Notes: a model not told the origin generated them from the sequence alone. 64,000 bases of DNA from Acidilobaceae archaeon (GCA_027043945.1 JALUDS010000087.1:16424-80423), one strand, 5' to 3'. Numbered from the stretch's first letter, positions 1 through 8,597 are shown. Program-made: numbers and translations.

Positions 1-68
1 TTTTCGAAATAATAATATTCTGTGGAGCCAATAGACCCTATAAGTGGAGGCTCTTTGGTGCATGCACC

Positions 69-764
69 TTGAAGATCCCGGGTAGACTAGGAAACCTTCT
101 AAACGAATGCGGAAGACTACTACAAGTCGCGCTCGACTTCATAGATCCTTGGAAAGCATTAGAAACAGGGATTATATCGCTAGTAGGAAAACCAGTGATA
201 CTCGAGGCAGGTACACCGCTGATAAAATCATATGGCATGCAAAGCGTAAAGATGCTTGCAAGCATACCGGGCGTAAACGCAGTGGTTGCCGACACGAAAA
301 CAATGGATACAGGAAAACTAGAAACAGAACTAGCCGCGTCATACGGGGCAGACGTAGTCACTGTACTCTCTGTAGCACCCGACGAGACTATCAGATCCAT
401 GGTCGAGACCGGAGAAGACTTAGGCGTAGCTGTCTACGGAGACCTAATAGGGCACCCAGAACCTATCAAGAGAGCTGAACAACTCTGGGAGCTAGGAGTA
501 CACGTGGCCCTGTTCCATATCGGTATCGATCTCCAGGAGAAACTAGGTCTCTCTGCAGGAGAAAGAGTAGAAACAGTAAAAAGACTCAAAGAAGTTTTCC
601 CAGGGCCAATAGCAGTAGCGGGAGGAATAAGACCAGAAGAAGTCTCCAGTCTCTCCGAGGCAGGAGCCGACATAATCATTATAGGAGGAGCAATAACTAA
701 AGCAGAGAATCCGAGGAAAGCCGCGCTCGAAGCATACCAGCTCCTTGGATCGAGGTGCTCATAA
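69..764 (+). CDS. 3-hexulose-6-phosphate synthase-like protein (HPS/KGPDC, OMP-decarboxylase superfamily)
   Basis: 231-aa ORF with N-terminal LQVALD, mid VADTKTMDTG and C-terminal IAVAGGI...IIIIGGAITKA phosphate-binding pattern, typical of HPS-type TIM barrels. TTG start at 69. The frame stays open to the window edge, so the 5' end is uncertain. Confidence 0.65.
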   Translation: MKIPGRLGNLLNECGRLLQVALDFIDPWKALETGIISLVGKPVILEAGTPLIKSYGMQSVKMLASIPGVNAVVADTKTMDTGKLETELAASYGADVVTVLSVAPDETIRSMVETGEDLGVAVYGDLIGHPEPIKRAEQLWELGVHVALFHIGIDLQEKLGLSAGERVETVKRLKEVFPGPIAVAGGIRPEEVSSLSEAGADIIIIGGAITKAENPRKAALEAYQLLGSRCS

Positions 765-768
765 AAAG

Positions 769-1461
769 ATGACACAAGACTACGATCTCCAATCATATAA
801 AGAGATAATAAGACATGTAAAAGAAGATTCATTAATTATCATACCAATCGGTAGCATAGAACAACATTGTGAAGCACCATTAGGCACAGACTCCATAATA
901 ATAGAACAAATAGCCAAACTTGTCTGTAGCTATCTAATGAACGAGTATAACGAGAAGTGCCTGGTTGCGCCGACGATCTACTATGGTCATAGTCCTGAAT
1001 GGATCAAGTGTCCAGGCACAATATCCCTAAGGGCAGAAACATTCAAGATGCTTGTAGAAGATGTACTATACTCCCTGGTTTCCGCCGGGTTCAAGAGAAT
1101 AATCTTATTAAATGGTCATGGAGGTAACTCTGGATTATTAGATGCTATTGCCAGGGAATTCTCAGCATACCTCTCTGATATAACTTTGCTCGTTATAGAT
1201 TATTGGAGGCCCGCCGAGCTTAAACTAGGCCACTGCGACGAGATCGAGTCATCCTTCTTAAGAGAGGCACTGGGGAGGGACATCGACTGTGGCTGTACTA
1301 AGAGAATCGATCTAGGAAAAGGACACACTAGGTTCACGGCCACAGGAACCGATCCCTGCAGTGTAAAGCTAGTCGTTGAAGAAGAAAGCCAGCCTATAAG
1401 CCTAGAAGAGGTCGCTAGACGTATAGTTGGCGTAATAATAGACGCTCTTAAATATAAATAG
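769..1461 (+). CDS. creatininase-family amidohydrolase; candidate ArfB (FAPy deformylase of the archaeal riboflavin pathway)
   Basis: Motifs IIPIGSIEQHCEAPLGTD and ILLNGHGGN are typical of the creatininase fold. First ATG (769) lies 4 nt after the upstream stop. The ArfB assignment is an inference from family membership plus the presence of arfA in this window. Confidence 0.6.
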   Translation: MTQDYDLQSYKEIIRHVKEDSLIIIPIGSIEQHCEAPLGTDSIIIEQIAKLVCSYLMNEYNEKCLVAPTIYYGHSPEWIKCPGTISLRAETFKMLVEDVLYSLVSAGFKRIILLNGHGGNSGLLDAIAREFSAYLSDITLLVIDYWRPAELKLGHCDEIESSFLREALGRDIDCGCTKRIDLGKGHTRFTATGTDPCSVKLVVEEESQPISLEEVARRIVGVIIDALKYK

Positions 1462-1472
1462 GTGCAGCCTAA

Positions 1473-2240
1473 ATGGCTAAGATCGTCATAATCTACGAGC
1501 CTGATCTTGAAGAAGCAGGCAAGACATTACAGGATCTACTTGATAGAGGAGCCTGGATATCGTTATACGGTAGCTGTATGGTTGAATACGAGGGTAGAGG
1601 CTACAGTAAAAGCACATGGGGAGATAAACACATTATGATCAAGCCCTCAGGAAGTATAATCATACATGGTTATAAAGGATTCAGACCAGAAAACTGGCAA
1701 CCAGATAACAGCGTATTCACGATAGAGACAAGAGAATACTTAGTTATCAAAAGCATAAGGAAGAAACCACGAGAGACACTTATCGTGATATGCAGAAAGA
1801 TACATGGGTTAATGGCTCTTGAAGACTTTGAGACAGGACAATTCGTAATGTATGTTGACGAACATGAAATAAGAGACTACCTGATAAAGAACCCAGAGAT
1901 AATCGAGCCGGGCTTTCGTCCAGTCAAAAAAGAAAAACCCGTTGAACCAGGGTTCATAGACATATACGGTATGGATTCGTCAGGAATCCCTGTAGTGGTC
2001 GAGATAAAGCGCGTGAAGGCAAGTGTAGAGGCAGTGAAACAACTTGAGAAATATCTATTAGCTTTAGAGAAACATGGTATAAATGCAAGAGGTATACTAG
2101 TTGCTCCAGGATTCACGGAATCCGCTATAAAGGAGGCATACAGAGCAAGAATAAAGCTTGTGTCAATTGATCCTTTAGAGATCCGGAAGAGATTATCCAA
2201 GAAGGACTCGCATAGGCGTAGACTAACAGACTATCTCTAG
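1473..2240 (+). CDS. nucS: endonuclease NucS/EndoMS
   Basis: 255 aa with two-domain NucS architecture. The C-terminal RecB-like nuclease motif is GFIDIYG...VVVEIKR (D...E-x-K). Confidence 0.85.
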   Translation: MAKIVIIYEPDLEEAGKTLQDLLDRGAWISLYGSCMVEYEGRGYSKSTWGDKHIMIKPSGSIIIHGYKGFRPENWQPDNSVFTIETREYLVIKSIRKKPRETLIVICRKIHGLMALEDFETGQFVMYVDEHEIRDYLIKNPEIIEPGFRPVKKEKPVEPGFIDIYGMDSSGIPVVVEIKRVKASVEAVKQLEKYLLALEKHGINARGILVAPGFTESAIKEAYRARIKLVSIDPLEIRKRLSKKDSHRRRLTDYL

Positions 2241-2258
2241 ATAATGCTAGGAAGTGTA

Positions 2259-2558
2259 TTAACACTCGTATATCCAGACGTAAAACTTACCGAAGCCTCC
2301 ACGTTTTTCTTTTTTCGCTTCAGCGTACTCCTCGAGTTCTTTAATAGAGAGTCCCTTTAGTTTCAACCATGTTCTAAGAGCTTCGTATAGATCAGCTGCT
2401 TCTTCTATATTCCTTGCCTTTAAGAGTTCATTTGCTTCTTCTATTATTTTCCGTAGAAGAAAATCTTCTATTTCGTTTTTATCGCGGAGGAACTTGATTT
2501 CGCCTCTAGAGATAATTTCAGGTATTTTGTCTCTAACTAGTTTAGTACATTTGTCCAA
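2259..2558 (-). CDS. MazG-like nucleotide pyrophosphohydrolase (small all-alpha house-cleaning NTPase family)
   Basis: 99 aa. N-terminal KLVRDKIPEII and EEANEL...EEAADLYEAL helices resemble small archaeal MazG-like proteins. Confidence 0.55.
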   Translation of the reverse strand: MDKCTKLVRDKIPEIISRGEIKFLRDKNEIEDFLLRKIIEEANELLKARNIEEAADLYEALRTWLKLKGLSIKELEEYAEAKKEKRGGFGKFYVWIYEC

Positions 2559-2633
2559 TGTATCATCTCCACAGATATTTGTATCCTTATAGGAGTTGGG
2601 GGATGGTCTAGGTTATGTGGTATGTAGATATTG

Positions 2634-2906
2634 TTATTTTAGGAGTGCCTCTTCTGCTGCGACTTCTGGGTTGAAGCTGATATATTCTATCATGCTTCCT
2701 CTGATTAGTGCTTTTCCAATACGTGCCCTTATTGTTTTTCCATCGTCCTCTAGCAGTACTGTATCGTCGAGGACGAGGTTCATTGTGCTGTCTGTTGCTA
2801 GTAGAGTGCCCATGTATTCGCTTCCATCTTTTAGCCTAACGTATATCTGTTTCTTCATGTGTCTCCTGAGATATCCTAGCGGGTTTGGTCTATGTTGCTG
2901 GCTCAT
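2634..2906 (-). CDS. Sm-like (LSm) archaeal RNA-binding protein
   Basis: Sm1-like VRLKDGSEYMGTLLATDSTMNLVLDD and Sm2-like ALIRGSMIEYI motifs. 90 aa. Confidence 0.85.
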   Translation of the reverse strand: MSQQHRPNPLGYLRRHMKKQIYVRLKDGSEYMGTLLATDSTMNLVLDDTVLLEDDGKTIRARIGKALIRGSMIEYISFNPEVAAEEALLK

Positions 2907-3023
2907 TGCCCTTTCACCGTCCCATGGCCTAATTGTTTATGAATGGATATTTATAATGTTATGTAATTACTCAACATGCTCAACTATGGAATCGAATAAA
3001 TACCCGTCTCATATCATCTTCGC

Positions 3024-3347
3024 CTATAGTATTCGTTTAAGGATGTACTCTTCACAGATCCTATTGCTATTCTCGCAGAATTTGACGCCTTCAAGCTCAA
3101 GTAGCCTTCGCTTGAAATATGCTCCTCCAAGACTATAACCTCCTAATTCACCGTTGCTCCGAACAACCCTGTGACATGGGACGACTATTGGTTCGTCATT
3201 CATTTTTACAAGTATGCCAGCGACCCTGGGATGAACCCCTAGTATTTCTGCTAGGGCTTTATACGTAGTGACTTTCCCGGGCGGGATGAGAAGCAGTAAC
3301 TGCTTTGTTAATTCAAGCAAATAATCTAGTTTCTTGGGCGTATCCAA
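3024..3347 (-). CDS. ogt: methylated-DNA--protein-cysteine methyltransferase, C-terminal-domain-only form
   Basis: HTH TTYKALAEILG and active-site PCHRVV followed by GELGGY. At 107 aa the usual N-terminal domain is absent. Confidence 0.8.
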   Translation of the reverse strand: MDTPKKLDYLLELTKQLLLLIPPGKVTTYKALAEILGVHPRVAGILVKMNDEPIVVPCHRVVRSNGELGGYSLGGAYFKRRLLELEGVKFCENSNRICEEYILKRIL

Positions 3348-3369
3348 GAAGAAGGACCCCTTCCATGAC

Positions 3370-3846
3370 CTAGAAGGATTTTACAGGTTGCTCTGCTCCA
3401 CAAGCCTCGCATACTAGTATCCAGGCCTTGCCCCGCTTCTCTAATCTTGTATCTATACTACCACATGTGGGGCATCTTACGTAGTTCTTTAGGAACAGGT
3501 CGAGGAACTTGGCGATTACTTTTCTCGACACCTTCACGTTTAGTACGAGTTGGCCACTATTGGGGTCATAGCTTCCTGCCGCGGCCAGTTCTCTCTGAAG
3601 ATATCTTGCAACAAGCGTTGGATCACGTTTAAGCTTTATACTGATCTCTCTGAAGTTCCTTACTACCGTCTGGTTTCCTAGACGTATGATTTGGGGAGTT
3701 GGAAGAGTATAATCGGCAGTGCCGCTTTTAGGAGGAACCTTTTGATAGAGTCTCTCTAGTAGTGCTTCGTAATCGTAAAGTATCTTTTTCTCGTCGCTCA
3801 CTTTCTTCACCTTTTTGTCTCTGTATAGTTTAAAGAATAATAACAT
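3370..3846 (-). CDS. translation initiation factor aIF-2 beta subunit
   Basis: Central NFREI...RDP..V.RYL.RELA pattern and C-terminal zinc ribbon CPTCGS...CEACG. Start is uncertain: the ORF track start at 3891 is probably too long, and a GTG near 3813 downstream of a TTTAAA box is also possible. Confidence 0.85.
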   Translation of the reverse strand: MLLFFKLYRDKKVKKVSDEKKILYDYEALLERLYQKVPPKSGTADYTLPTPQIIRLGNQTVVRNFREISIKLKRDPTLVARYLQRELAAAGSYDPNSGQLVLNVKVSRKVIAKFLDLFLKNYVRCPTCGSIDTRLEKRGKAWILVCEACGAEQPVKSF

Positions 3847-3927
3847 ATCCGTTGATATAGCCCTACTAGAATAGCTGGCCCTGAGAAACAAACCAGAAAT
3901 ACTAGTGGCGGCAGGGGAGCACGCTCT

Positions 3928-5217
3928 ATGAAGAAAACCTACTATATCGAGACATATGGGTGTGCACTAGCCCAGTACGAGAGTCTAATGATGGAAGAGA
4001 TACTTAGAAATAGAGGTTTTCAGAATCTAAACGATCCTTCAAGTGCAGAAGTAATAATTGTAAACACTTGTGCTGTTAGACTAGACACAGAGCAGAGAAT
4101 AGTCGAGCGTTTAGAACAACTCCAAAGGATAAACCCGAGAGCAAAGCTAGTTGTTGCAGGATGCCTCGCGTCGGCTAGACCAGGTCTAATTAAGCGTGTT
4201 GCAAAAAAGGCTTCATTACTCTCGCCTCAAAACGCTTCTAGGATACTGGAAGCTGTAGAATCAAGGAATCCTGTCACATATATAACTAGGGAAAGGGATA
4301 CTAGAGTCCACGCATATATGCCGGTTAAGGGTAGAATTGCAACCATAATGATCCAAGAGGGATGTAGAAACAAGTGCTCCTATTGTATAACAAAGCTAGC
4401 CAGGGGAGCCCCAAAGAGTTATCCTCCTAGACTAATCATAGAACAGGTTAAAAGATCAGTCGAAAAAGGAGCATTAGAGATCAGGCTCACTGGCACTGAT
4501 ACAGGGGCATATGGTGTAGATCTGCCCGGCAAGATTAATGTAGCGGATCTAGTAAACATGATTCTCGACAAAGTTCCCGGCGAGTATTTCATAAGAATAG
4601 GAATGATGACTCCAGAAGAAGCGATAAGAATAATTGACGATCTTATAGAAGCATATAGAGATAATCGTGTATTCAAGTTCTTCCATATACCGGTTCAGTC
4701 AGGATCCAATAAGGTTCTACGTATAATGGGAAGAAGATATACGAGGGAAGAATACGAGGATCTCCATAAATCTATTAAGAAGCATTATCCAGATTCGTTG
4801 TTTGCTACGGACATAATAGTTGGTCATCCCGGAGAAACTGACGAGGACTTCCAGGAGACAATAGAGCTCGTCAGGAAACTTAGGTTTGAAAGAGTACATC
4901 TAGCACAATATAGTATAAGACCGCATACCAAGGCTGCATCCATGAGACAGGTGTCTGACCGAGTAAAGAAAGAGAGAAGCACGGTTTTGACTAAACTAAT
5001 TGAAGCTATAGGAAACGAGATTTACGGTAGCTATGTAGGAAAGATCGTTGATGCATTTATTGTATCGAAATCTTTTAGAGGAGACAAGTTTACTGCCCGG
5101 ATGCATAATTATTTCCCAGTAGTTGTCAACTATAGTAATGGAGAGCCACCAAGGAAGCCTGTTAAAGTAAAAATAATAGACAATTCATTCTTCGATCTAC
5201 GTGGAAAAATATTATGA
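3928..5217 (+). CDS. radical-SAM methylthiotransferase, archaeal MiaB-like/e-MtaB (CDKAL1-type)
   Basis: N-terminal UPF0004 cysteines (YGCALAQ, VNTCAV, AGCLA), canonical radical-SAM CRNKCSYC, and a C-terminal TRAM-like tail. Confidence 0.85.
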   Translation: MKKTYYIETYGCALAQYESLMMEEILRNRGFQNLNDPSSAEVIIVNTCAVRLDTEQRIVERLEQLQRINPRAKLVVAGCLASARPGLIKRVAKKASLLSPQNASRILEAVESRNPVTYITRERDTRVHAYMPVKGRIATIMIQEGCRNKCSYCITKLARGAPKSYPPRLIIEQVKRSVEKGALEIRLTGTDTGAYGVDLPGKINVADLVNMILDKVPGEYFIRIGMMTPEEAIRIIDDLIEAYRDNRVFKFFHIPVQSGSNKVLRIMGRRYTREEYEDLHKSIKKHYPDSLFATDIIVGHPGETDEDFQETIELVRKLRFERVHLAQYSIRPHTKAASMRQVSDRVKKERSTVLTKLIEAIGNEIYGSYVGKIVDAFIVSKSFRGDKFTARMHNYFPVVVNYSNGEPPRKPVKVKIIDNSFFDLRGKIL

Positions 5218-5222
5218 ATACA

Positions 5223-5411
5223 CTACTCTTCTTCCTCCCACTCATCTATCTCCTCTTCCTCTTCCCAGAGCTCTTCTTCCTCTATTTCCTCCAGTTCTTC
5301 CTCGTCAAGTTCTTCTAAAAGTTCTTCTTCGTAATCGTCTTCTTCCCAGAATTCTTCCTCTTCAAGCTCGAATTCTTCCTCCTCTTCCCAGAATATTATC
5401 ATTATTATCAC
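5223..5411 (-). CDS. hypothetical 62-aa poly-acidic microprotein
   Basis: ORF MIIMIIFWEEEEEFELEEEEFWEE...WEEEE. GGTGA lies 5-9 nt upstream of the ATG on the minus strand, with an A/T-rich box about 30 nt upstream. The purine-rich strand is the minus strand, consistent with coding there. No family recognised. Confidence 0.4.
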   Translation of the reverse strand: MIIMIIFWEEEEEFELEEEEFWEEDDYEEELLEELDEEELEEIEEEELWEEEEEIDEWEEEE

Positions 5412-5493
5412 CCTTCATACAACTATATTTCTCCTGCCTCCAGATACCATCTATCATACTGGAGAGGTTAAAAAGATAGAGGCGTTAAACGCC

Positions 5494-6399
5494 ATGATAG
5501 AAGAATACGTTTACGATTTCAAGCCACGGTGCGCCATTGTTATGGCTCCTTGGGAGTTAGAACGTCTTAGGTACACGGTCGAGAAAAGTGAAGCAGTTAT
5601 GAAGGCAGGCCATGGATACATGAATATAGGAATAAAGAGGGCTGACAAATATGTGGAGGTTAGAGTCCTAGATGGGACATGTAAAGGTTATGTTGTTAGA
5701 ATAGATCCCAGTGTATTTGAGAAAACGGAAATCGATCAGAAGAAAATGTATGTTGTCTCAGATGAGAATGTTTCTGTTGTGGAGATCAGGTCCGGGAAGT
5801 ACTATAAACTACTGCCTACTGTCCCAACGAGCTATCCTTCCTTAGAGATATCAGGGATACACATGCACAGGATATGGAATTCGGATCCAAAACAAGACAC
5901 TATACAGAAAATACGTGCTGCCAGGATAAGGAGAAACGACATAGTACTCGATACTTGTATGGGGCTTGGATATACAGCGATTTGGAGCGCCAAGCGAGGA
6001 GCACACCGTGTTTACACAGTGGAGATTGATCCAAATGTTATAGGTATCGCTAAACAGAATCCCTGGAGCTGGGAGCTGGATCGGGACAATATCACGACTA
6101 TTAAAGGCGATGTTACTAGACTTATACGCGAGTTTCCCGATAATTTCTTTGATAAAGTTATCCACGATCCTCCAAGGATATCTGCGGAGACAGGAGACCT
6201 GTATGGTAGCGAATTCTACCGAGAGTTGTACAGGGTACTGAAACCGGGAGGGGTCTTGTTCCATTATACGGGGAACCCTGGGAAAAAGAGGAAAGGGAAC
6301 TTCCCGGGCCGAGTAGCGTCTAGGTTAAAGAACGCGGGCTTTTCAAAGGTTCTGATTAGGGTGGAAGAGGCGTTGGGAGTAGTTGCATTTAAGGAGTAA
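5494..6399 (+). CDS. class I SAM-dependent methyltransferase with N-terminal accessory domain (predicted archaeal methyltransferase)
   Basis: Motif I VLDTCMGLGYTAI, VYTVEIDP, and post-motif IHDPPR (N6/N4/RNA MTase-like DPP). TTAAAAAG box about 20 nt upstream of the ATG. Confidence 0.7.
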   Translation: MIEEYVYDFKPRCAIVMAPWELERLRYTVEKSEAVMKAGHGYMNIGIKRADKYVEVRVLDGTCKGYVVRIDPSVFEKTEIDQKKMYVVSDENVSVVEIRSGKYYKLLPTVPTSYPSLEISGIHMHRIWNSDPKQDTIQKIRAARIRRNDIVLDTCMGLGYTAIWSAKRGAHRVYTVEIDPNVIGIAKQNPWSWELDRDNITTIKGDVTRLIREFPDNFFDKVIHDPPRISAETGDLYGSEFYRELYRVLKPGGVLFHYTGNPGKKRKGNFPGRVASRLKNAGFSKVLIRVEEALGVVAFKE

Positions 6400-6422
6400 T
6401 GGAGGAAGGATGGTGGTTAGTA

Positions 6423-7589
6423 TTAGTAGGCTCCATGTTGCTTAGTCCATTCCTCGTAGAGTCTTAGCATGTTCTTGTCTACGCTGGGTTTCCGCTTCTT
6501 CAGCACTTCTTCGAAGTCTCTCATGGAAACAGGTCTTGGACCCTTACCTGTCTTGAAGTATTCTCTTATCGTTCGAAGGTGGGCGTCGGTCACAATATCC
6601 TTTATGTCGCTGGCACTATAGCCTTCTAGTTCCTCGGCTAATTTCTCTATATCTACGTCATCTGCTAAGTGGAGTTTGCCTGTGAGCATTTTGAGTAGTT
6701 GTATTCTTGCCTCCTTGTCGGGTAGTGGAACGTATATTCTCTTCTGGAATCTTCTAATGAAGGGCTCGTCTAGTTTCCATGGCTTGTTGGTTGCTCCTAT
6801 CACATACACGTGTATTTTTGATCCCTTGTCCTGGAGTCCGTCCATTTCTTTTAAGAACTGGTTTCTTACTCTTACTTCTCCTCCTACCTCGGTCGAGTGT
6901 ACTCCGAGTAGAGCGTCTATTTCGTCGATGAATATTATTACTGGTGTTCCCTCGCCGGCTTTCTTCCGGGCGTATCTGAAGAGTTTTTTGACGTTTTTCT
7001 CTCCTTCACCTAGCCACTTGCTCATGATACCTGCGGCATCCACATATAGGAACTCTCCGTCTACTTCGTTTGCTACAGCGGCAGCTAGCATTGTTTTTCC
7101 TGTTCCTGGCGGTCCGTATAGTAGTATTCCTCTTGGCCATCCAAGTGGGAATAGGTCTGGTTCCTTTATTGGGTATATTATTGATTCTCTTATTGCTTCC
7201 TTGGCGTGTTCTAGTCCTGCTATGTCTTCAAATCGTATTGATGCGCGTGCTCCTACCTCTACGAAATCGGGTAGCTCTGGGTTATCGTTGTTGCCGGGGG
7301 GAGTTGGTCCTGGTTTGAATTCTACTCGGTATTCTTCGTCTTCTTGTGTGCTGATCATGACCATTCGTTTCTCCATTTTCTTTTTCTTGACATAGAGTCT
7401 CTGTAGCTCTCTTCTATAGATGTGGATCATTGGATAGTCTGGGAAGTTCCTAACGATGTTTTCTAGTATTTGTATTGCTTTCTTGAGTTTCTCGTATGCT
7501 ATATCATAGTCGCCGTTCTTTTCTGCCTGTATGTATGCTCTTAGGTATTTTCTATAGTGTGTGCTGAGTTCGTTTACCGCGTGGAACAC
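6423..7589 (-). CDS. cdvC: cell division AAA ATPase CdvC (Vps4 homologue)
   Basis: N-terminal MIT-like helices. Single AAA domain with Walker A GPPGTGKT, Walker B IIFIDEID and second region of homology. Lies immediately downstream of cdvB. GTG start preceded by GGGGTGA. Confidence 0.9.
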   Translation of the reverse strand: MFHAVNELSTHYRKYLRAYIQAEKNGDYDIAYEKLKKAIQILENIVRNFPDYPMIHIYRRELQRLYVKKKKMEKRMVMISTQEDEEYRVEFKPGPTPPGNNDNPELPDFVEVGARASIRFEDIAGLEHAKEAIRESIIYPIKEPDLFPLGWPRGILLYGPPGTGKTMLAAAVANEVDGEFLYVDAAGIMSKWLGEGEKNVKKLFRYARKKAGEGTPVIIFIDEIDALLGVHSTEVGGEVRVRNQFLKEMDGLQDKGSKIHVYVIGATNKPWKLDEPFIRRFQKRIYVPLPDKEARIQLLKMLTGKLHLADDVDIEKLAEELEGYSASDIKDIVTDAHLRTIREYFKTGKGPRPVSMRDFEEVLKKRKPSVDKNMLRLYEEWTKQHGAY

Positions 7590-7598
7590 TTTTCTTCA

Positions 7599-7641
7599 CC
7601 CCGGCCCGGCCAGTATTCTCTGTTTTTGTATTAGGCCGGGG
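7599..7641 (-). promoter_or_regulatory. 8-bp all-GC hairpin spanning the cdvB stop codon and the cdvC Shine-Dalgarno region
   Basis: CCCCGGCC (7599-7606) is perfectly complementary to GGCCGGGG (7634-7641), with a 27-nt loop. On the mRNA the 5' arm is the last cdvB codons and the 3' arm overlaps the GGGGUGA before the cdvC GTG. Confidence 0.4.
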
Positions 7642-8464
7642 TAGCTTCGGCGCCAGCCTTGTTCTTGGTTACTGTTATTACACCCTTAGACGCTAGCCTG
7701 TAGAGTACTTCCTTTACAACTTTTGGTGAGACGCCAAGGTCTCTGGCCGCGGCTTTTAGGCTGATAACGCCGTTTCTAACCTTTATGTAGTCTATTAGTT
7801 TAGCTTCTAGTTCTTCGTAGTCTATTGTCTTCGGGACCTCGGGTACGAGAGCCTCACTCTCTATGTGAGCTTCTTCCATGGCCTGCTTGATTAGGTCTCG
7901 TACCTCGTTGTCGAATTCAGTTATGCTTAGTTTGCTAGGCATGGTATCTGCTAGGGCTGAAGTGCTCCTGTAGATTTGTGATACGACGTCTCTTGTTGAG
8001 TATAGTGTAGCCACGAATTCTGGACTTACGCTCTCGATGTATTCTCCTAGACCCCTGAGTATTGGGTCCATGTATCTGGCTATGGCAGTCACATTGTCGA
8101 GAGTCCTTGCTGTCTCCAGCCTGCTCTCCATGATTGAGAGCAGTTTAATATACGCGATTATTCCCTTGAGTACTTTCTTCTTGAGTACAATATCAGCAGC
8201 TATGGTCTCAGCAGTGTCTTTATCGTTGTTCTTTAATGCTATTATCATGCTCTCCTTTAACCTGTGGAGGTCGTCGACAAGCTTCCTCTTTAGGCGGTCT
8301 AGCTCTTCTTGGCTCATTTTAAGTCTTGTAAGTAACTCTGTGAACGCCGGAGAGTCCTGTGCTAGGAAGCTCGGGACTCCCGGCTCTTCAACCTCGCCCC
8401 ATACTTCGCCCCAGTCTTTTGCCGCTGGTCTTGAGAATATTCTTCTTATTACGTCTACTACCAT
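7631..8464 (-). CDS. cdvB: cell division protein CdvB (ESCRT-III/Snf7-like with C-terminal winged helix)
   Basis: Coiled-coil Snf7-like core, acidic linker, and C-terminal wH (ISLKAAARDLGVSPKVVKEVLYRLASKGVI). Adjacent to the Vps4 homologue. GGAGGTG lies 13 nt upstream of the ATG. Confidence 0.85.
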   Translation of the reverse strand: MVVDVIRRIFSRPAAKDWGEVWGEVEEPGVPSFLAQDSPAFTELLTRLKMSQEELDRLKRKLVDDLHRLKESMIIALKNNDKDTAETIAADIVLKKKVLKGIIAYIKLLSIMESRLETARTLDNVTAIARYMDPILRGLGEYIESVSPEFVATLYSTRDVVSQIYRSTSALADTMPSKLSITEFDNEVRDLIKQAMEEAHIESEALVPEVPKTIDYEELEAKLIDYIKVRNGVISLKAAARDLGVSPKVVKEVLYRLASKGVITVTKNKAGAEATPA

Positions 8465-8597
8465 TGTAATATGGCACCTCCTAAAGCCTCCGAGTATATC
8501 ATTATAGGCCGTATATAGGTAATGGGAGTGAGCCCCCGTAACACCGAGTAAATACTTAAGGATCCCATTAGAGACCCACTCCTTAAGCCAGGGAAAA

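Noticed and set aside
2596-3138. A 180-aa plus-strand ORF spanning the LSm gene and the Ogt 3' end.
   Set aside because: It is antisense to two genes with clear motifs, and its composition is hydrophobic and Ser-rich with low complexity.
5201-5479. A plus-strand 92-aa Leu/Pro-rich ORF opposite the acidic microprotein.
   Set aside because: It overlaps the 3' end of the methylthiotransferase gene and lacks an SD. The pyrimidine-rich plus strand here argues that any coding is on the minus strand.
6676-7395. Long antisense or alternative-frame ORFs inside well-supported genes. Examples: 6676-7395(+), 60555-61562(-), 49717-50328(-), 36879-37418(-), 37896-38429(-), 46640-47155(+), 15129-15662(+).
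   Set aside because: They are low-complexity (S/L/P/F-rich) and lie fully within CDSs that carry clear family motifs on the other strand. They are the expected mirror of purine-loaded (GAA/AGA/AAG-rich) coding strands.
8521-8590. Complementary segments AATGGGAGTG / TCCCATT / CACTCC between the cdvB promoter and the 5S promoter.
   Set aside because: These are short, alternative pairings within a region already occupied by two divergent promoters. The evidence is insufficient for an RNA or operator call.
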